A DNA stretch of 20,000 nucleotides, from IMG/VR virus record IMGVR_UViG_2061766007_000688; one strand, given 5' to 3'. Shown one piece after another: positions 1 through 11,649 of the stretch. The notes under the pieces are model-generated. The model did no database searches and was not told the DNA's origin. It saw nothing but the letters and a program-made list of their open reading frames with translations. A program made the position numbers and the translations under genes. Source of the DNA: an uncultured virus (IMG/VR IMGVR_UViG_2061766007_000688). Lineage: Duplodnaviria; Heunggongvirae; Uroviricota; Caudoviricetes. How positions within the stretch are numbered: position 1 is the stretch's first letter; each line of letters begins with the position of its first letter.

Positions 1-616
1 ATAAACTTCACCTCACCTGTCTCATCAATATGAGGAATGCAGGCATTGATAGCACACATCTGAGTAAGCAACTCACCAAATGTAATCTGCTTGAACTCTG
101 CTGGCTCATATACTATCCTGCTATCATTCATCAATGTCACATCTTCATATCTGAAACCATATTTGTCAAGCAGTGCTTCTCTTATACCTTTTACAGTATA
201 GTCATTGTCACCAGCTTTCCAATACTTCTTCCACCATTTTCTGACTGACTTATCTNNNNNNNNNNNNNNNNNNNNNNNNNNNNNNNNNNNNNNNNNNNAA
301 TAAGATGTGTTGTGTATCCTAAAGCATCCATCTTCATGCTGTCAACTTTGCCGAAGAATAAACCCTTTGGGTGTGATGTGTCGTTATCAATAATCTGATA
401 CACCCATATAGTTGTCTTTCGAGCAACAGAGAAATTATTTCTAAGGTCACACTCAAACTTATCAGCACAGGGTACACCAAATTCTAACCCACCCTCGATT
501 AGAGTTTTATCTAATGAGAGTGAGTTTTCAATAATCTCATCACCTTTATCAAAGTATGAATTTGGATAATCTGTATAGAAACGAATAAATGTTTGTCTAT
601 TACTTGAAGTTGCCAT
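1..616 (-). CDS. Tail/baseplate hub-like protein (N-terminal part; runs off the left edge)
   Basis: Starts MATSSNRQ at 616. After the N gap (256-298) another frame stays open to the window edge (DKSVRKWW...GELLTQMCAINACIPHIDETGEVKF). Second gene after the tape measure gene. Confidence 0.65.
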
Positions 617-618
617 AA

Positions 619-1050
619 TCAATACTCCACTAATCCAATTTCAAACGCATTGTAAATGATATCATCCTCTGTTATTTTCTTTATAGGAAACTTAACATCA
701 GGTCTATAGAAGTATGCTGTCTTGTAAACATTCTCCTCATCATTCCAATACTGTAACTGGACTTTCCTTTCTCTGTGTGCTGTCGTGCTATCTGTTTCTT
801 CTTCCTCTGCATCTGTAAAGAACTTCTGTATTGCTATCTTGTCCTCAAGATGAAGATTAGCTCTTGTTTTGAATGTGAACGATGACTTATGTCCTACAGC
901 CGTAATTCTATGTAAATTACGGCTGNNNNNNNNNNNNNNNNNNNNNNNNNNNNNNNNNNNNNNNNNAGAATCATAAGCTATGTACTCATTAGGAAAATAC
1001 TGATTTGTTTTAACTGCTTTGAGAAAATATCCTCTCCAACTGTTTGCCAT
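619..1050 (-). CDS. Distal tail (Dit-like) protein
   Basis: ATG at 1050 preceded by GGAGG; ~143 aa; directly after the tape measure gene. Call is mainly by position and size. Confidence 0.6.
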   Translation of the reverse strand: MANSWRGYFLKAVKTNQYFPNEYIAYDSXXXXXXXXXXXXXXSRNLHRITAVGHKSSFTFKTRANLHLEDKIAIQKFFTDAEEEETDSTTAHRERKVQLQYWNDEENVYKTAYFYRPDVKFPIKKITEDDIIYNAFEIGLVEY

Positions 1051-1061
1051 ACTGCCTCCTA

Positions 1062-4000
1062 TCAATAAGCATATCCTTCTTTTCCTGTCTGCTTATATCT
1101 CTTTGTATTCTCATCCCATACTGCTTGTGCAATCTGTTTTCCGTTAAGCATGAGAACAACAGGATCTTTATTACTGTTAGTAGATACTACTCCTACTGTA
1201 TCCTCTAATACATCTCTTATTATATCAGAAAGTTTATCCCAGTCAAACTCATCCTTACTTTTTTTCTGCAACTGTATTGAAGCGGGTATTGAGAAGCCCT
1301 GTGCAATTCTTGGTATTTTAGTTTTAGATACTCTCGTCAATGTGTTGTTTAAGCTGTCCACCTGCTTCAGGTTGCTCATCTTATCATCTATGCTATCAAT
1401 CATAGTACTAATAATTGAAATAGCTTCGGTGCTCATGCTGGTAAGCGTATCAATGAATGTATCAGCAAACTTATCAATGCTATCAAGAGCAAACGGTGAA
1501 TCAGCAGTATCTGTAACAGCATCAGTAGTNNNNNNNNNNNNNNNNNNNNNNNNNTTGTGCCCTCTTCAATACCCTCAGCTAATCCTTCATCTACATACAG
1601 ACCAATCTGTTCAAATACTTTTGACGGAGAATTGATGTCGAGTTTTTCCTCAACTTTATCTTTCATAGCATTTACAAGATTATTACCAGCATCTGCTACT
1701 TTACTAAGATTTCCATCAATACCTTTCTTAAAGCCTTCAACTACATTCTTACCTATATCAAACAATCCTTCAGCAACACCATTGACAATCTTGAATCCAT
1801 CTTTTAAGCCAGATATGAATTTATCTACAATGTTTGTCTTTATCCAAGGACCAATACCTGTAACAGCATCTATTATTCCTTCAAGAATACCTTGTAAGAT
1901 GTATTCACCATAAGGCATCATTACTTTAGATGGTGAATTTATGTCGAATCCTTTCTTGAATCCGTCTATAAATCCGCCAACGAATGATGTGATTGCTTGT
2001 GCAACAATCTCTAAGAAACGAGCTGGTGCCATGAATACCCAAAGTATTCCATTGAGTATGTCTTTACCAAACTGTGCCCAATCAACTTCTGATACCCATG
2101 TAGCAAGATTTTTAGGAAATTCTTTAAGAGTAGTCTTAACCTTTGGCCATGTAGTACTAAAGAAGTTTGCTAACCAATTACCAATCTTTGCCGGCAATGT
2201 CTTAAACCATTTATATATTTTTCCTGCTATTTTGCCGAGTCCTTCACCAACATTAGTGCCAAGATTGTAGAAAAAGTCAGAGACAGCAGTAAATATTTCA
2301 TCAAACCACTGTTTAACATTATCTATCCAACTACCTATATCTTGTAATGTTTTATTTACTGACTCAGCAAATTCTTCAGGAGCAGTGGCTACATTTCGTA
2401 GGAAGTTGACTATTGCTACCCAGCATTCTTCAACCCAGAATATTACAGCACCAACAGCAGTTGCAATTAACGCAGGAGCTCCAAGAACTATTGCACCTAT
2501 TACACCAAGAGCAGTACCAAGTGCTGTAAGTGTGACAGTAAATATATTTATCTCTCCGTCAGCCTGCTTTACAACTCCGAACAGATTCATAAATGCTCCG
2601 GCTACTATTGCAAGTGCTCCTGCAACTGTTCCTGCAACACCACCACCTGCCGCAGCTCCTGCTCCTTCACCACCAAGAGCACTCATTGACTTCGCAACAN
2701 NNNNNNNNNNNNNNNNNNNNNNNNNNNNNNNNNNNTACTCCACCACGGTGCTTTTGCGGCAGTTTCTGCTGTTGTAGTTGCAGTAGCAATCGCTGAGCCA
2801 GCATTTCCAAATGCTACTTTGAATGTACCGAGTGTCTGAGCTACTNNNNNNNNNNGAGTGCAAGTTTTAATGTAACAAGAGCAACAGCAATCTGTTCTAT
2901 CTGTTTAGCCATTGTTTCAGCGTCAGTGTTCTCAATCCAATCTACTACCCAATCTATGAGTTTACCAAATGCTTCTGAATTAACTACATCTGCTACTTTA
3001 TCCCCTAAGTCACCGAGAACTATAATAAACGCATCCCAAAGCTTTTCATCAAACTGTTCGATTGCTCCGAAGAGTTTATCCATTCTTTCTCTGAGTTTAT
3101 CCCAATCAATCCTATCTGAAATCTCTTTGATTTTATCAAACAGATTCGGCAGTCCTTCTTCAACCATGTATGTCATAAACGGTAAGACAACTGTGTTAAA
3201 GAAATCTTCGACTAAAGCACAGATTGTTTTCAGTGGTCCTTTTTCAAGAGAATCAAGTAAGTCGTAGAAATGNNNNNNNNNNNNNNNNNNNNNNNNNNNN
3301 NNNNNNNNNNNNNNNNNAAGCCTTCGGCTATTTTCTCTATTGAACCAGTTATGACAATGAGCATATCTCTGAGTTTTTCGAGTATTCTCAGACCAATGTC
3401 GTTCTCTTCCCAGGCTTCTCTTATTGAATCTCCCAGATTATCAAAGAAACCACCTATATGTCCGAGTGTTTTAAGAATATTGCTAAACACTATCTGTGTT
3501 TCACCTTCTTGCCAAACTTCCATGAAGTCTGAGCCAATAGAAGCGATTAGGTCTTTGATTGAGAACAAAGCACCTTTCCACTTATCTATTACCCACTCGC
3601 CATCTTTTCTCCATGCTTTTCTGAGTGGCTTAAAGAAGTCTTTGACAAGTTTCTGTATTTTCTGTGCCAGTTTCTTTGCATCTTCAAGCAAAGGCGACTT
3701 CTTATAGTCAAAGCCAGCATATTTGTCATCAAGTCCAGAACCACTGCCTTTCTTGTTGTCTTTGTGGATAACATTCAGTTTATCATAGTAGCCAAGCTCT
3801 TTTCTTGCTTTCTTAGCCGCTTTACCTGTCTTATCAAGAGACTTTGCAAAGTCTACCTGTGACCTTGCGGCTCTGAATACAAAGTCCTGCCCTGTAAGAG
3901 TCGCTATAAATGATGAAGCATAATAAGCGGCCTTTTCAAAGGCGGCTGAAAGAATTTCAAGTGCAGGTGCAAGTACTTTGAGTATAGGCTGTACANNNNN

Positions 4001-5612
4001 NNNNNNNNNNNNNNNNNNNNNNNNNNNNNNNNNNNNNNNNNNNNNNNNNNNNNNNNNNNNCAAGAGCAAGTGCTTTAAGAGCATCTACTATTCCACCTCT
4101 CAGTTTATTAAACAGTACAAACAAAGAGCGAATACCGAAACCATATTTCAGTATCGTTGTAAGCCCGAACTTAAACTCATTATTCATGTCCTTGTGAGCT
4201 TTAGTTGTTTTCTTAATACTTGCGGCGAGAGATAAGAAACCTGTACTAAGAGCAAGCACCATTTTACCGAGATTTTTACCCGCTTTGATAAAGCCTACAC
4301 CAAGTTTATCCACATTCTGATTCATTGAGTAGACTTCATGGCTTAACATCTTAATACTTCTGACAAGCTTATAGAATGCACTGTTTGCTCTATCAGTGGC
4401 TTTATCCGAATTGCCTAATTCTTCATTTGCTTTCCTTTCAGCGTTCACTCTTTCGAGGGATAAATCATAAAGCTGTCTAACTTTACCTATAAGACCAGAG
4501 TATCTTTGCTCCATTCTTTCAAGTTCTCTGGCAGCTTCTCTGTTGTACTTTTCAGCAAGTTTGTCCTCTTCTACAAGTTGACCTGCCTGTGCTACTGTAT
4601 CCTTAAATGAGCCAGTTACCTTTCCGCTAATAGCTAACTCTGCTTCTCTTGTATTGCCAATTCGCTTATAGGCGTCAGTAAGCTGAGCACCTGCGTTAAG
4701 TTCTTCTCTTATCTTTTCAAGTATTGCCTGGTGTTCTGATAACGATTGTCTGAGATTTGTATTTATTACCTCTAAGTTGTGAATCTGTTCTTTGTCGCTT
4801 GTTGGGTCATAAGCATTACCAGTCCTGCTCGCTGTTTCAGCGTTTGCTATCTTTTCTAAGTTTTTAGCAGTGACTTCCAGACCAGTATTTTCAAGACTAA
4901 GCGCCGCTAATATTTTTGAAATCTGAGTTTGTTCTGCTTTAAGACTCTTTTCAGTCGCAACCTCTGACTTTCTTTTCTGAGCAAGCTGTCTTTCCTCAGA
5001 TGAGATAGTAGCAATGCCATGCTCATGTCGCTCTTTTTCAAGCTGTGCCATCTGAGCGGTATACTCTTCCTGCAACTTCTTTGAGTTCTTAATCTTCTCC
5101 TCAACATCAACAAGCTGAGAGGTGGCCTTCATTATAGAGTTCTGGTTTACAGCCTGTTTATGGTACAGGTCACTAAACTCTTCTGACATTTCAGTTTTCT
5201 TTGTCTCTTCTAATGCCTGCCTATATGCTTCCTCTTTCTGAGTTACAATATCCTGAAGATTTGCGATTTTTGTCTCGTTGGCAGCAATCTCTCTTGTAAG
5301 CTCCGCACTTTTTGTTAAGGACTCAAAACTTGCCTCAGCGTATGACTGACCCCGAGTATCGTTTGCCTTACTAAAATACTGAGCTATCTCAGCCCACACA
5401 CTTTTGACTCTGTTAGCTCTATCTTGTGTTTCCTGCATTCTTTCATTGATATGCTCTATATCTTCCTGAGTTACAGCGAGGTTTCTCTGATTGATTAAGT
5501 CTACTCGTCTTTTTTCAAGACCATTCATATAAGACCTAATCTGGTCAAGTGTCTGCTTGATGTTTCCTTGTTCGGCTTCGACTTTGACAGGAATTATAAT
5601 TTCATCATTCAT
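1062..5612 (-). CDS. Tape measure protein (~1500 aa), frames broken only at N gaps
   Basis: Joins ORF pieces 3957-5612, 3230-4084, 2841-3176, 1433-2863 and 1062-1436, with frame changes falling at N runs. Coiled-coil N-terminus, W/F-periodic amphipathic repeats, hydrophobic Ala/Gly segment, two INSPSKV motifs, and a C-terminal 'LNGKQIAQAV' typical of TMPs. Confidence 0.9.
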
Positions 5613-6193
5613 ACTGTTTCACCACACCACTGAGAAACTACCCAATCTTCAATCTCTTGTTCCTCAGCAGTCTTCCTTTTCCAGTTGAAGTACTGTGGGT
5701 TTTTCATGCGGAACTCTCTTTCCCACTTCTCTAACTTCTTGCCTCTTTGTATCTTTTCTCTTATATCTAACACGGTTGACATTGCACTTTCTTTGACTGA
5801 CATATAGTAACCTACAAATGTCCACCAATGTAAATAACTTTCTGCTCTTATCTCTTTGCCCGCAACATCATTTATTGCGGCACAGACCATTGCTGAATCT
5901 TCGTTCCAGTCGATTAACTTCACTTCATCTTTTCGACCACCCTCTGGTCTACCGGCATTAAAGAACCAGAACATTTGGTCTAAAGCTTCTTGTAAATCAG
6001 AGAATTGCTCTAAACAATCTACATCATACATGTCCTCATAAAAGACACACAATGCTGCCGCTATTCTCTCATTTTTTGAAAGTGAGGTGTCTTCCAAAAC
6101 TGAAAAGGTGCTGATTACAACTCGAAAATCTCCTTTGTCTCGAATGTCATAATCAACACCTCCAATGTTCAATTTAGTTGGTAAGTCGTACAT
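5609..6193 (-). CDS. Gp15-like tail assembly protein (A118 gp15 family)
   Basis: 'DFRVVI', 'IDWNEDS..V.AA' and 'YLHWWTF' motifs; immediately upstream of the TMP; TAATG overlap with the previous gene. Confidence 0.8.
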   Translation of the reverse strand: MYDLPTKLNIGGVDYDIRDKGDFRVVISTFSVLEDTSLSKNERIAAALCVFYEDMYDVDCLEQFSDLQEALDQMFWFFNAGRPEGGRKDEVKLIDWNEDSAMVCAAINDVAGKEIRAESYLHWWTFVGYYMSVKESAMSTVLDIREKIQRGKKLEKWEREFRMKNPQYFNWKRKTAEEQEIEDWVVSQWCGETV

Positions 6194-6819
6194 TATCTCT
6201 TTTTATGGGATGCCGGTTTTCTTCTGTACTGAGATACCTTTGAGTTTACTCTGCTTCTCAGCTTCATAAACTCCATGCTCATGTTGTTCTCATAGAGACC
6301 GCACAGAGCGTCGATAATGTGTTCAAATCTGAACATTCCCTGGTAGGGATCCCACATTGTGCCATCAGCACAACAAGCATCTGCAACGGGTGAGCCGAAG
6401 ATAAAGTCAACTTCTGCTCTCATCTTTACATCATACTCATCGAGGAGCTTTGCTGACTCTTCAACTGACAGTTCATCAATCTTTGAGCCAATCTCTGCTA
6501 TCTCTTCCATCATCTTTATCAGTCTTTCATAGCCTACCTTAAGTCTGCCATACAGACCCATATCTGAAACATTCAGATAGATGATGTTGTTTGTATCTTT
6601 GATACGGAACGGTGACTTCTTTGCACCCAAGATAGTGACTTCTTTGATTTCTTCTTCCTTCTCCTCTTCTTTCGGGAGAACAGGAGCAGGAGAAGTTGAT
6701 TCTTCTTCTGCTTCACTGTCCTCACCTTCGAGGAGTTTATTGACAGGAGTTTCTTCCTGCGCTACACTCTGAGTTTCCTCAGCAAGTGCGTCATTTTTAA
6801 TGAATGATTTTCTGGCCAT
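6193..6819 (-). CDS. Tail assembly chaperone with acidic N-terminal extension
   Basis: 208 aa between tail tube and Gp15-like gene; AAGGAGG Shine-Dalgarno; helical 'DVKMRAEVDFIFG' region. Confidence 0.65.
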   Translation of the reverse strand: MARKSFIKNDALAEETQSVAQEETPVNKLLEGEDSEAEEESTSPAPVLPKEEEKEEEIKEVTILGAKKSPFRIKDTNNIIYLNVSDMGLYGRLKVGYERLIKMMEEIAEIGSKIDELSVEESAKLLDEYDVKMRAEVDFIFGSPVADACCADGTMWDPYQGMFRFEHIIDALCGLYENNMSMEFMKLRSRVNSKVSQYRRKPASHKKR

Positions 6820-6837
6820 TTTAACTTTCCTCCTTAA

Positions 6838-7479
6838 TTATACATCCGGTGTGAATACGAAGTCCACAGCGAGCTTATCAACTGTACCAGTCGTAATCTT
6901 GTTCGAGAAGTGAACAGTGTACGGGAAGTTGATTGTTGTGTCACCACCTATGCTGTCATAGGTAACAGAGCAATCAGAGTGCTTCTCAGCTTCAAAAGCA
7001 CCAGTTGATCCAGCATATCCTGTAAGGATGTATGCTGTGAATCCCTGCAACTCTGAAACAGCGTTTCTTCTGCGGATGTCGTTGAGCTTTGCCTGAAGCT
7101 TTGAACCACCACGAAGCGGTGAAGCATCGAACGTCTGCTCGGGCTGTGTCTTGTTGAGGTCTGTGTAGTTGTTACCGAGGATATCGGTTGTTGTCTCGAT
7201 ATCAGCATTGTACTCAATGCTTGAATCCTCTGTTCTGACACCACAAAGCTCTCTTGTGGGTGTTCCTGAGTAGTACTTGTTTGATGCCCAAGTCGGTGCT
7301 GTGGCGCCTGAAACATGCACATAACCGTTGGCTGTCTTTTCATAGTAGTCCTCATAATCGGTTGCCCAATCATCAGGCTCAGTTGTCAACAGTGTGTATT
7401 CAAGCCACTCCAGTGCTGTAATGAGCAGTTTTCTTTCGGCTCTCTGTCCATCAGAGAGGTTAAACTGTGTAGAAGGCAT
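6838..7479 (-). CDS. Major tail (tube) protein
   Basis: 213 aa; 'ERKLL', 'SIEYNADIETTTDILG', 'SIGGDT..INFPYTVHF' and C-terminal 'FTPD' resemble clostridial siphophage tube proteins; AAGGAG SD; expected position. Confidence 0.8.
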   Translation of the reverse strand: MPSTQFNLSDGQRAERKLLITALEWLEYTLLTTEPDDWATDYEDYYEKTANGYVHVSGATAPTWASNKYYSGTPTRELCGVRTEDSSIEYNADIETTTDILGNNYTDLNKTQPEQTFDASPLRGGSKLQAKLNDIRRRNAVSELQGFTAYILTGYAGSTGAFEAEKHSDCSVTYDSIGGDTTINFPYTVHFSNKITTGTVDKLAVDFVFTPDV

Positions 7480-7492
7480 ATCGTCTCTCCTT

Positions 7493-7963
7493 TCATTTTA
7501 TTGCTTTACTATTATCCAGATACTGGATACGAATAGTGAACGAATATTGTGCAAGTGGAGGGTTCTGAGAAGTATCTACCCCATTGAGATTAGGATCATC
7601 TGTTGTCGCTTTCATCTCGTCTATGACGACATCACTTCCGAAGTCGGGGAAATGATATTCTTCTCCTTGAGTATTCACCCAATCGAGAATTTCTTGTATG
7701 AGTGCGAGATTATCCATATTCTCATCAGCAAATCCAGTTTCGTCTACAATAGGATTGTGAGATACTGCAACATAGCTGACTATAGAAAAAGTATAATACT
7801 TTAACCTTCCTCCGTCAATGTAGTTTTTAAGGGTACCGCTGTCCTCTTTAACGAACTGCTTTGAACCATCCTCTTCCTCAGCAAAGTTAAAGAACAGTTT
7901 TTCGATGTTAGGGCAGTCAAGAAGGAAGTCTATGACAGCCTGTGTATATTCTGAATTTGTCAT
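7493..7963 (-). CDS. Tail terminator / minor structural protein
   Basis: 156 aa, acidic, ends 'AQYSFTIRIQY', directly upstream of the tail tube gene. Confidence 0.65.
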   Translation of the reverse strand: MTNSEYTQAVIDFLLDCPNIEKLFFNFAEEEDGSKQFVKEDSGTLKNYIDGGRLKYYTFSIVSYVAVSHNPIVDETGFADENMDNLALIQEILDWVNTQGEEYHFPDFGSDVVIDEMKATTDDPNLNGVDTSQNPPLAQYSFTIRIQYLDNSKAIK

Positions 7964-8458
7964 TTCTTTCCTTTCATTTCTTCTCGAATAGCTTTTACAA
8001 TTAGAGGTTTAGCTCTTTGAGTAAATCTTGGCCAAATCTTTGACTGATGTTCTTTATCAGCCCAGTGGTCAGTAGCTTGTTTGTGCACAACTCGTTTACC
8101 CTTATTGAGAGTAATTTNNNNNNNNNNNNNNNNNNNNNNNNNNNNNNNNNNNNNNNNNNNCTACATTGTATTGATACTCTGCTATATTGAAACCATCTGT
8201 TTGACCAATTCTTTTATACATCAACCCGTTTTTAGAGTCTGTATAAAATCTTGCAAGTTTACCAGTGTCATACGGCACATATTTGTCTAAACAGTCACCA
8301 AGTACTTCAAGCAACTGTTTATACAGAGGTAAATTTTTTCGCATGGGATAGTTTGCAATCTTATCCACTTTCTTGGACAAGTCAGATTTTAGTTTTCTCA
8401 TGTCAAAGCTAAATGTTAAATAGCTTCTCGCATTTGAACTTTTCCAATCTTCTGACAT
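7960..8458 (-). CDS. Neck / tail-completion (Minor_capsid_2-like) protein
   Basis: 'KYVPYDTGKL' and 'AEYQY'. After the N gap (8118-8160) another frame reads ITLNKGKRVVHKQATDHWAD...EEMKGKK*, and its stop overlaps the next ATG (ATGA at 7960-7963). Confidence 0.7.
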
Positions 8459-8462
8459 TCAA

Positions 8463-8887
8463 TCACATCCCTTTTACTTTGTAGTGCTCATTTCCTCTAC
8501 CACCACTTACATTGACATCAACTATCTCGATTGTAAAGCAACCAGGATAGTCTTTATACTCCTTAATCAAATCTGATGAGCGTTTACCTCTTGTGTACTC
8601 GTCTATCTCAAAATCAACTTCTTCGGGAACAATGATATCTCCTGCGGCAAGTGTGAAGAGCACTTCTTTGGCAGAATCGTCTAACATGTCATACTCACGC
8701 TTGTTGATAAACTTATCACTGACCTTTATCCTACAAATGGATGAGTCTGAGGTGAGTGTCGTATCGCCAGTCGTAACTTTCTCTACTGTGTGCTTGTAAA
8801 AGNNNNNNNNNNNNNNNNNNNNNNNNNNNNNNNNNNNNNNNNNNNNNNNNNNNNNNNNNNNNNNNNNNNNNNNNNNNNNATCATCAT
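8463..8887 (-). CDS. Head closure / head-tail joining protein
   Basis: 'FTLAAGDIIV' and C-terminal 'HYKVKG'. Probable start is the ATG overlapping the upstream stop (8884-8887); the N-terminus is mostly masked. Confidence 0.6.
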
Positions 8888-9327
8888 TCTCCCGGGTAAA
8901 CACCTCTGAAAAGAATGTTTCTTCCGAGGTCGTTTACTATTGATCCCATATACTGCTGTACTACATCATTGACTGTCTTTGAGCCTTTGAAGAATGCAAG
9001 CAAGTCTCCTGCGGACGCTGTGTTGTATTTAGTGGTCACACCATCATTACTTTCTTCTGTAATTNNNNNNNNNNNNNNNNNNNNNNNNNNNNNNNNNNNN
9101 NNNNNNNNNNNNNNNNNNNNNNNNNNNNNNNNNNNNNNNNNNNNNNNCAACTGATACATACAACGCTTTAACTCTTCTGATTCAAGCACCTTCGCCCATT
9201 CAGTTCGTTTTAAGCGATTGAAAGTGTACCAGTTGACAGTACTTTCAGCGTCAAACTCTAAGTCATTGAAGGCGGCTTCATCCAATGTACCGCCCATATC
9301 GGTATATTCTTCATATGTTAAGTACAT
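8884..9327 (-). CDS. Head-tail adaptor protein
   Basis: 'MYLTYEEY', 'NWYTFNRL', 'EESNDGVTTKY' and 'LFRGV' fit A118 gp8/SPP1 gp15-like adaptors; first gene after the capsid; GAGGA SD. Confidence 0.8.
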   Translation of the reverse strand: MYLTYEEYTDMGGTLDEAAFNDLEFDAESTVNWYTFNRLKRTEWAKVLESEELKRCMYQLXXXXXXXXXXXXXXXXXXXXXXXXXXXXITEESNDGVTTKYNTASAGDLLAFFKGSKTVNDVVQQYMGSIVNDLGRNILFRGVYPGE

Positions 9328-9348
9328 TGGATTTCCTCCTTTCGACTA

Positions 9349-10667
9349 TTATCCCAGAGAGATAATCTGAGCAATCGGGATAGCCTTGTCATCAATGTAT
9401 GATGAACCACTGCTTACCAGATCCCAGTTAGCGCCAGTTGACAGCTCTGCGTTGGTCGGTGAAAGTGTTGCGATATTGTCGATACCAACAAAGCTGATAC
9501 CATACGGTGCGAAGCACTTTCTCTGACGAGAGTACAGAGTATCCTGACCACCGTTTGTAGCCTCATCACGAGACATTGAATACGGAACCTTTGCTCCACA
9601 GTTCGTGTACTCGATAGCACCCTGGCCAAGTACGAATGTTGTGTACTCTTTGTGACCAGTCGGAGCAGTCGTAGTAGCGGCTGTGATTGTGGNNNNNNNN
9701 NNNNNNNNNNNNNNNNNNNNNAGGCTGACCAGCACCATACTTGCCAGATTTCTCTGTAAGTGTGAGAACTGCACCATCTCTTGAAACGCTGTAAGTAGCG
9801 TCTGAGCCAAGAGCGGAAGCAAGAGAAGTAGCAACACCAGTCGGTGTCTTTGTATCAGCGGNNNNNNNNNNNNNNNNNNNNNNNNNNNNNNNNNNNNNNN
9901 NNNNNNNNNNNNNNNNNNNNNNNATCATATACATCCTTAACCGGCATATCATCGTCAACAAGAACCATGCGGCCGTTAAGAGTTCCGATGTTAAGCTCAC
10001 GCTCGATACCCTGTGCATCGTTGTACTTCAGGTATGTAAGAACCTTGAGGTTCTCGAGGTGTGTAGCAACTGCACTGTGCATGATAGTCATGCTGAACTT
10101 GCTCTTGTGGTCACCACAAGCCTTCTGCATAGCAGTGTTAAGAGTTGTAGCATCCATGAAGCCTGTAACGCCTTCGCTGTTCTGTACGGCTCTTACATCG
10201 TGTGTATGCTTCTGAGCGAATGCTGAACCAGCGGCTGATGACATTGAGAATACACCCTTGAGGATAGCTACAAGCATCTCCTGGTCGATTTCATCCCAAT
10301 ACTCAGAAACCTGCTCTGCAACATTCTGCATGAAGTCAACTCCACCGGTGATGTCGTATGAGAAGTCCTTCTCTGTCCAAGCGGCAGCTCTACCAACAAC
10401 AACTCTGCTGTGGCTGAATGTCTGGGTGTTTACAGACGTGATGTTTGTAACACCATCATAGTTCAGCGGTACTGTGCCGCTGATGAGGCCCTTGAGCGGT
10501 GTGGTAAGAAAGTTTCCACCAACCTGGTCGCTCATAGCACTTGCAAGCTCCGGTCTGCCAACGATTGCGCCGGACTTAATGAATGCGTTGAGGTGAACAT
10601 TCGGAATACGGTCTACATATTTCTGGAATACTTCACCGTTGAAAAGTTTTGCATCAAACTGAGGCAT
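9349..10667 (-). CDS. Major capsid protein (one gene across N gaps, with an internal insertion)
   Basis: 'FDAKLFNGEVF', 'GRAAAWTEKDF', 'IMHSAVATHLE', 'GRMVLVDDDMP', then 'YTTFVLGQGAI', 'GGQDTLYSRQR' and 'SPTNAELSTGANW'. Frame changes occur only at gaps 9693-9721 and 9862-9923. Confidence 0.92.
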
Positions 10668-10687
10668 AGTTTTAATCTCCTTTCAGA

Positions 10688-11378
10688 TTATTCAAAGTTT
10701 ATTACTGCATTAGGGTTATTGTTCTTCATCTGCATAAGCTCAGACAAAGAGTATTTCTGCCCCTGGCCACCCTTGTCTCCAGGAGTAGACATTGAAAACT
10801 GAGGGGGCGGAGTCTGCTGACCGAGGTCATTCTGCTGTTTAGGTGCTTCCTGATAGAAAGCATCTTTGTTCTCTTTTGCATATACTTTCATAAAGTCGTC
10901 TGCTCCGAGAATAACGCCAGACTCCATAGGAAGATTTTTCGCTATCATGTTAGCCACAAAATCTCTCTGCGCCGCTGTACTTGAGAACTTCTGTTTAGCC
11001 GCATAGTCTCTGACTGCGAACTCATACGCCTGATGTGTGAGCTGTCCTTTAAGATTTTCCACATCATGTGTGTACTTCTCCTGCAACTGTGCGAGNNNNN
11101 NNNNNNNNNNNNNNCTTTCCAGCGTCTGTTCCTGCGTCTTTCAACTGTGTCTGCAAGGTCTGTAAGTCTGAATCACGCTTGGTGATTGTGTCATTAAGCC
11201 CTGCTATCTGTGTATCTTTTGCGGCGAGTTCATCAAGATACTTCTGTCTGTCCACATATTTACCTTCTGCCAGGTCGGTAAACTTCGCCTTGGACTCCTG
11301 TGCTATTCGGTTAAACTCTTCTACTGTAAGAGCTTTGTTCTCCGAAGTAGCTTTTGCAAAGATTTCTGCTACTGTCAT
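10688..11378 (-). CDS. Capsid scaffolding protein (Phage_GP20-like)
   Basis: AGGAGG SD; 'GKYVDRQKY', coiled coil and a Pro/Gly/Gln-rich C-terminus; directly before the capsid gene; joined across gap 11096-11114. Confidence 0.8.
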
Positions 11379-11420
11379 GTTTTTCTCCTCCTAAACATTC
11401 TTTAATTAGTTTGTCTTATA

Positions 11421-11584
11421 ATTCCGCAGTCTCTTTCTGCGACGGAATGTGCCCGTCTTTAATCGACTTCGGGCGAGTCTTTATATAATAACTATCAGTA
11501 CTGGCAATACTGATAGACTATTATCGGTGAGCTGACGCATGGGATACATCAGCTCACATCCCAAGGAGCTGGTTAAATGGCCAG
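11421..11584 (-). ncRNA. Candidate structured cis-regulatory leader upstream of the scaffold gene
   Basis: Consecutive inverted repeats on the + strand: ATTCCG/CGGAAT, GCCCG/CGGGC, CTATCAGTA/TACTGATAG and GTGAGCTGA/TCAGCTCAC. The loop sequence TGGGAT is complementary to the adjacent ATCCCA. Confidence 0.5.
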
Positions 11585-11603
11585 TAAAACCATTCACAGG
11601 TAT

Positions 11604-11632
11604 AATATACTATATGATATAACTTTTGTAAA
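11604..11632 (-). promoter_or_regulatory. Sigma-A-like promoter for the scaffold/capsid operon
   Basis: TTTACA-N17-TATATT on the minus strand just after the portal stop. Confidence 0.5.
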
Positions 11633-11649
11633 GAGGTTTTTGAAAATTT

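Noticed and set aside
4306..4314. DnaA box TTATCCACA
   Set aside because: Single copy inside the TMP coding sequence; no cluster or origin context.
6193..6230. Programmed -1 frameshift between the tail chaperone genes
   Set aside because: No canonical X XXY YYZ heptamer near the end (only T AAA AAG). The genes are coupled by a TAATG overlap.
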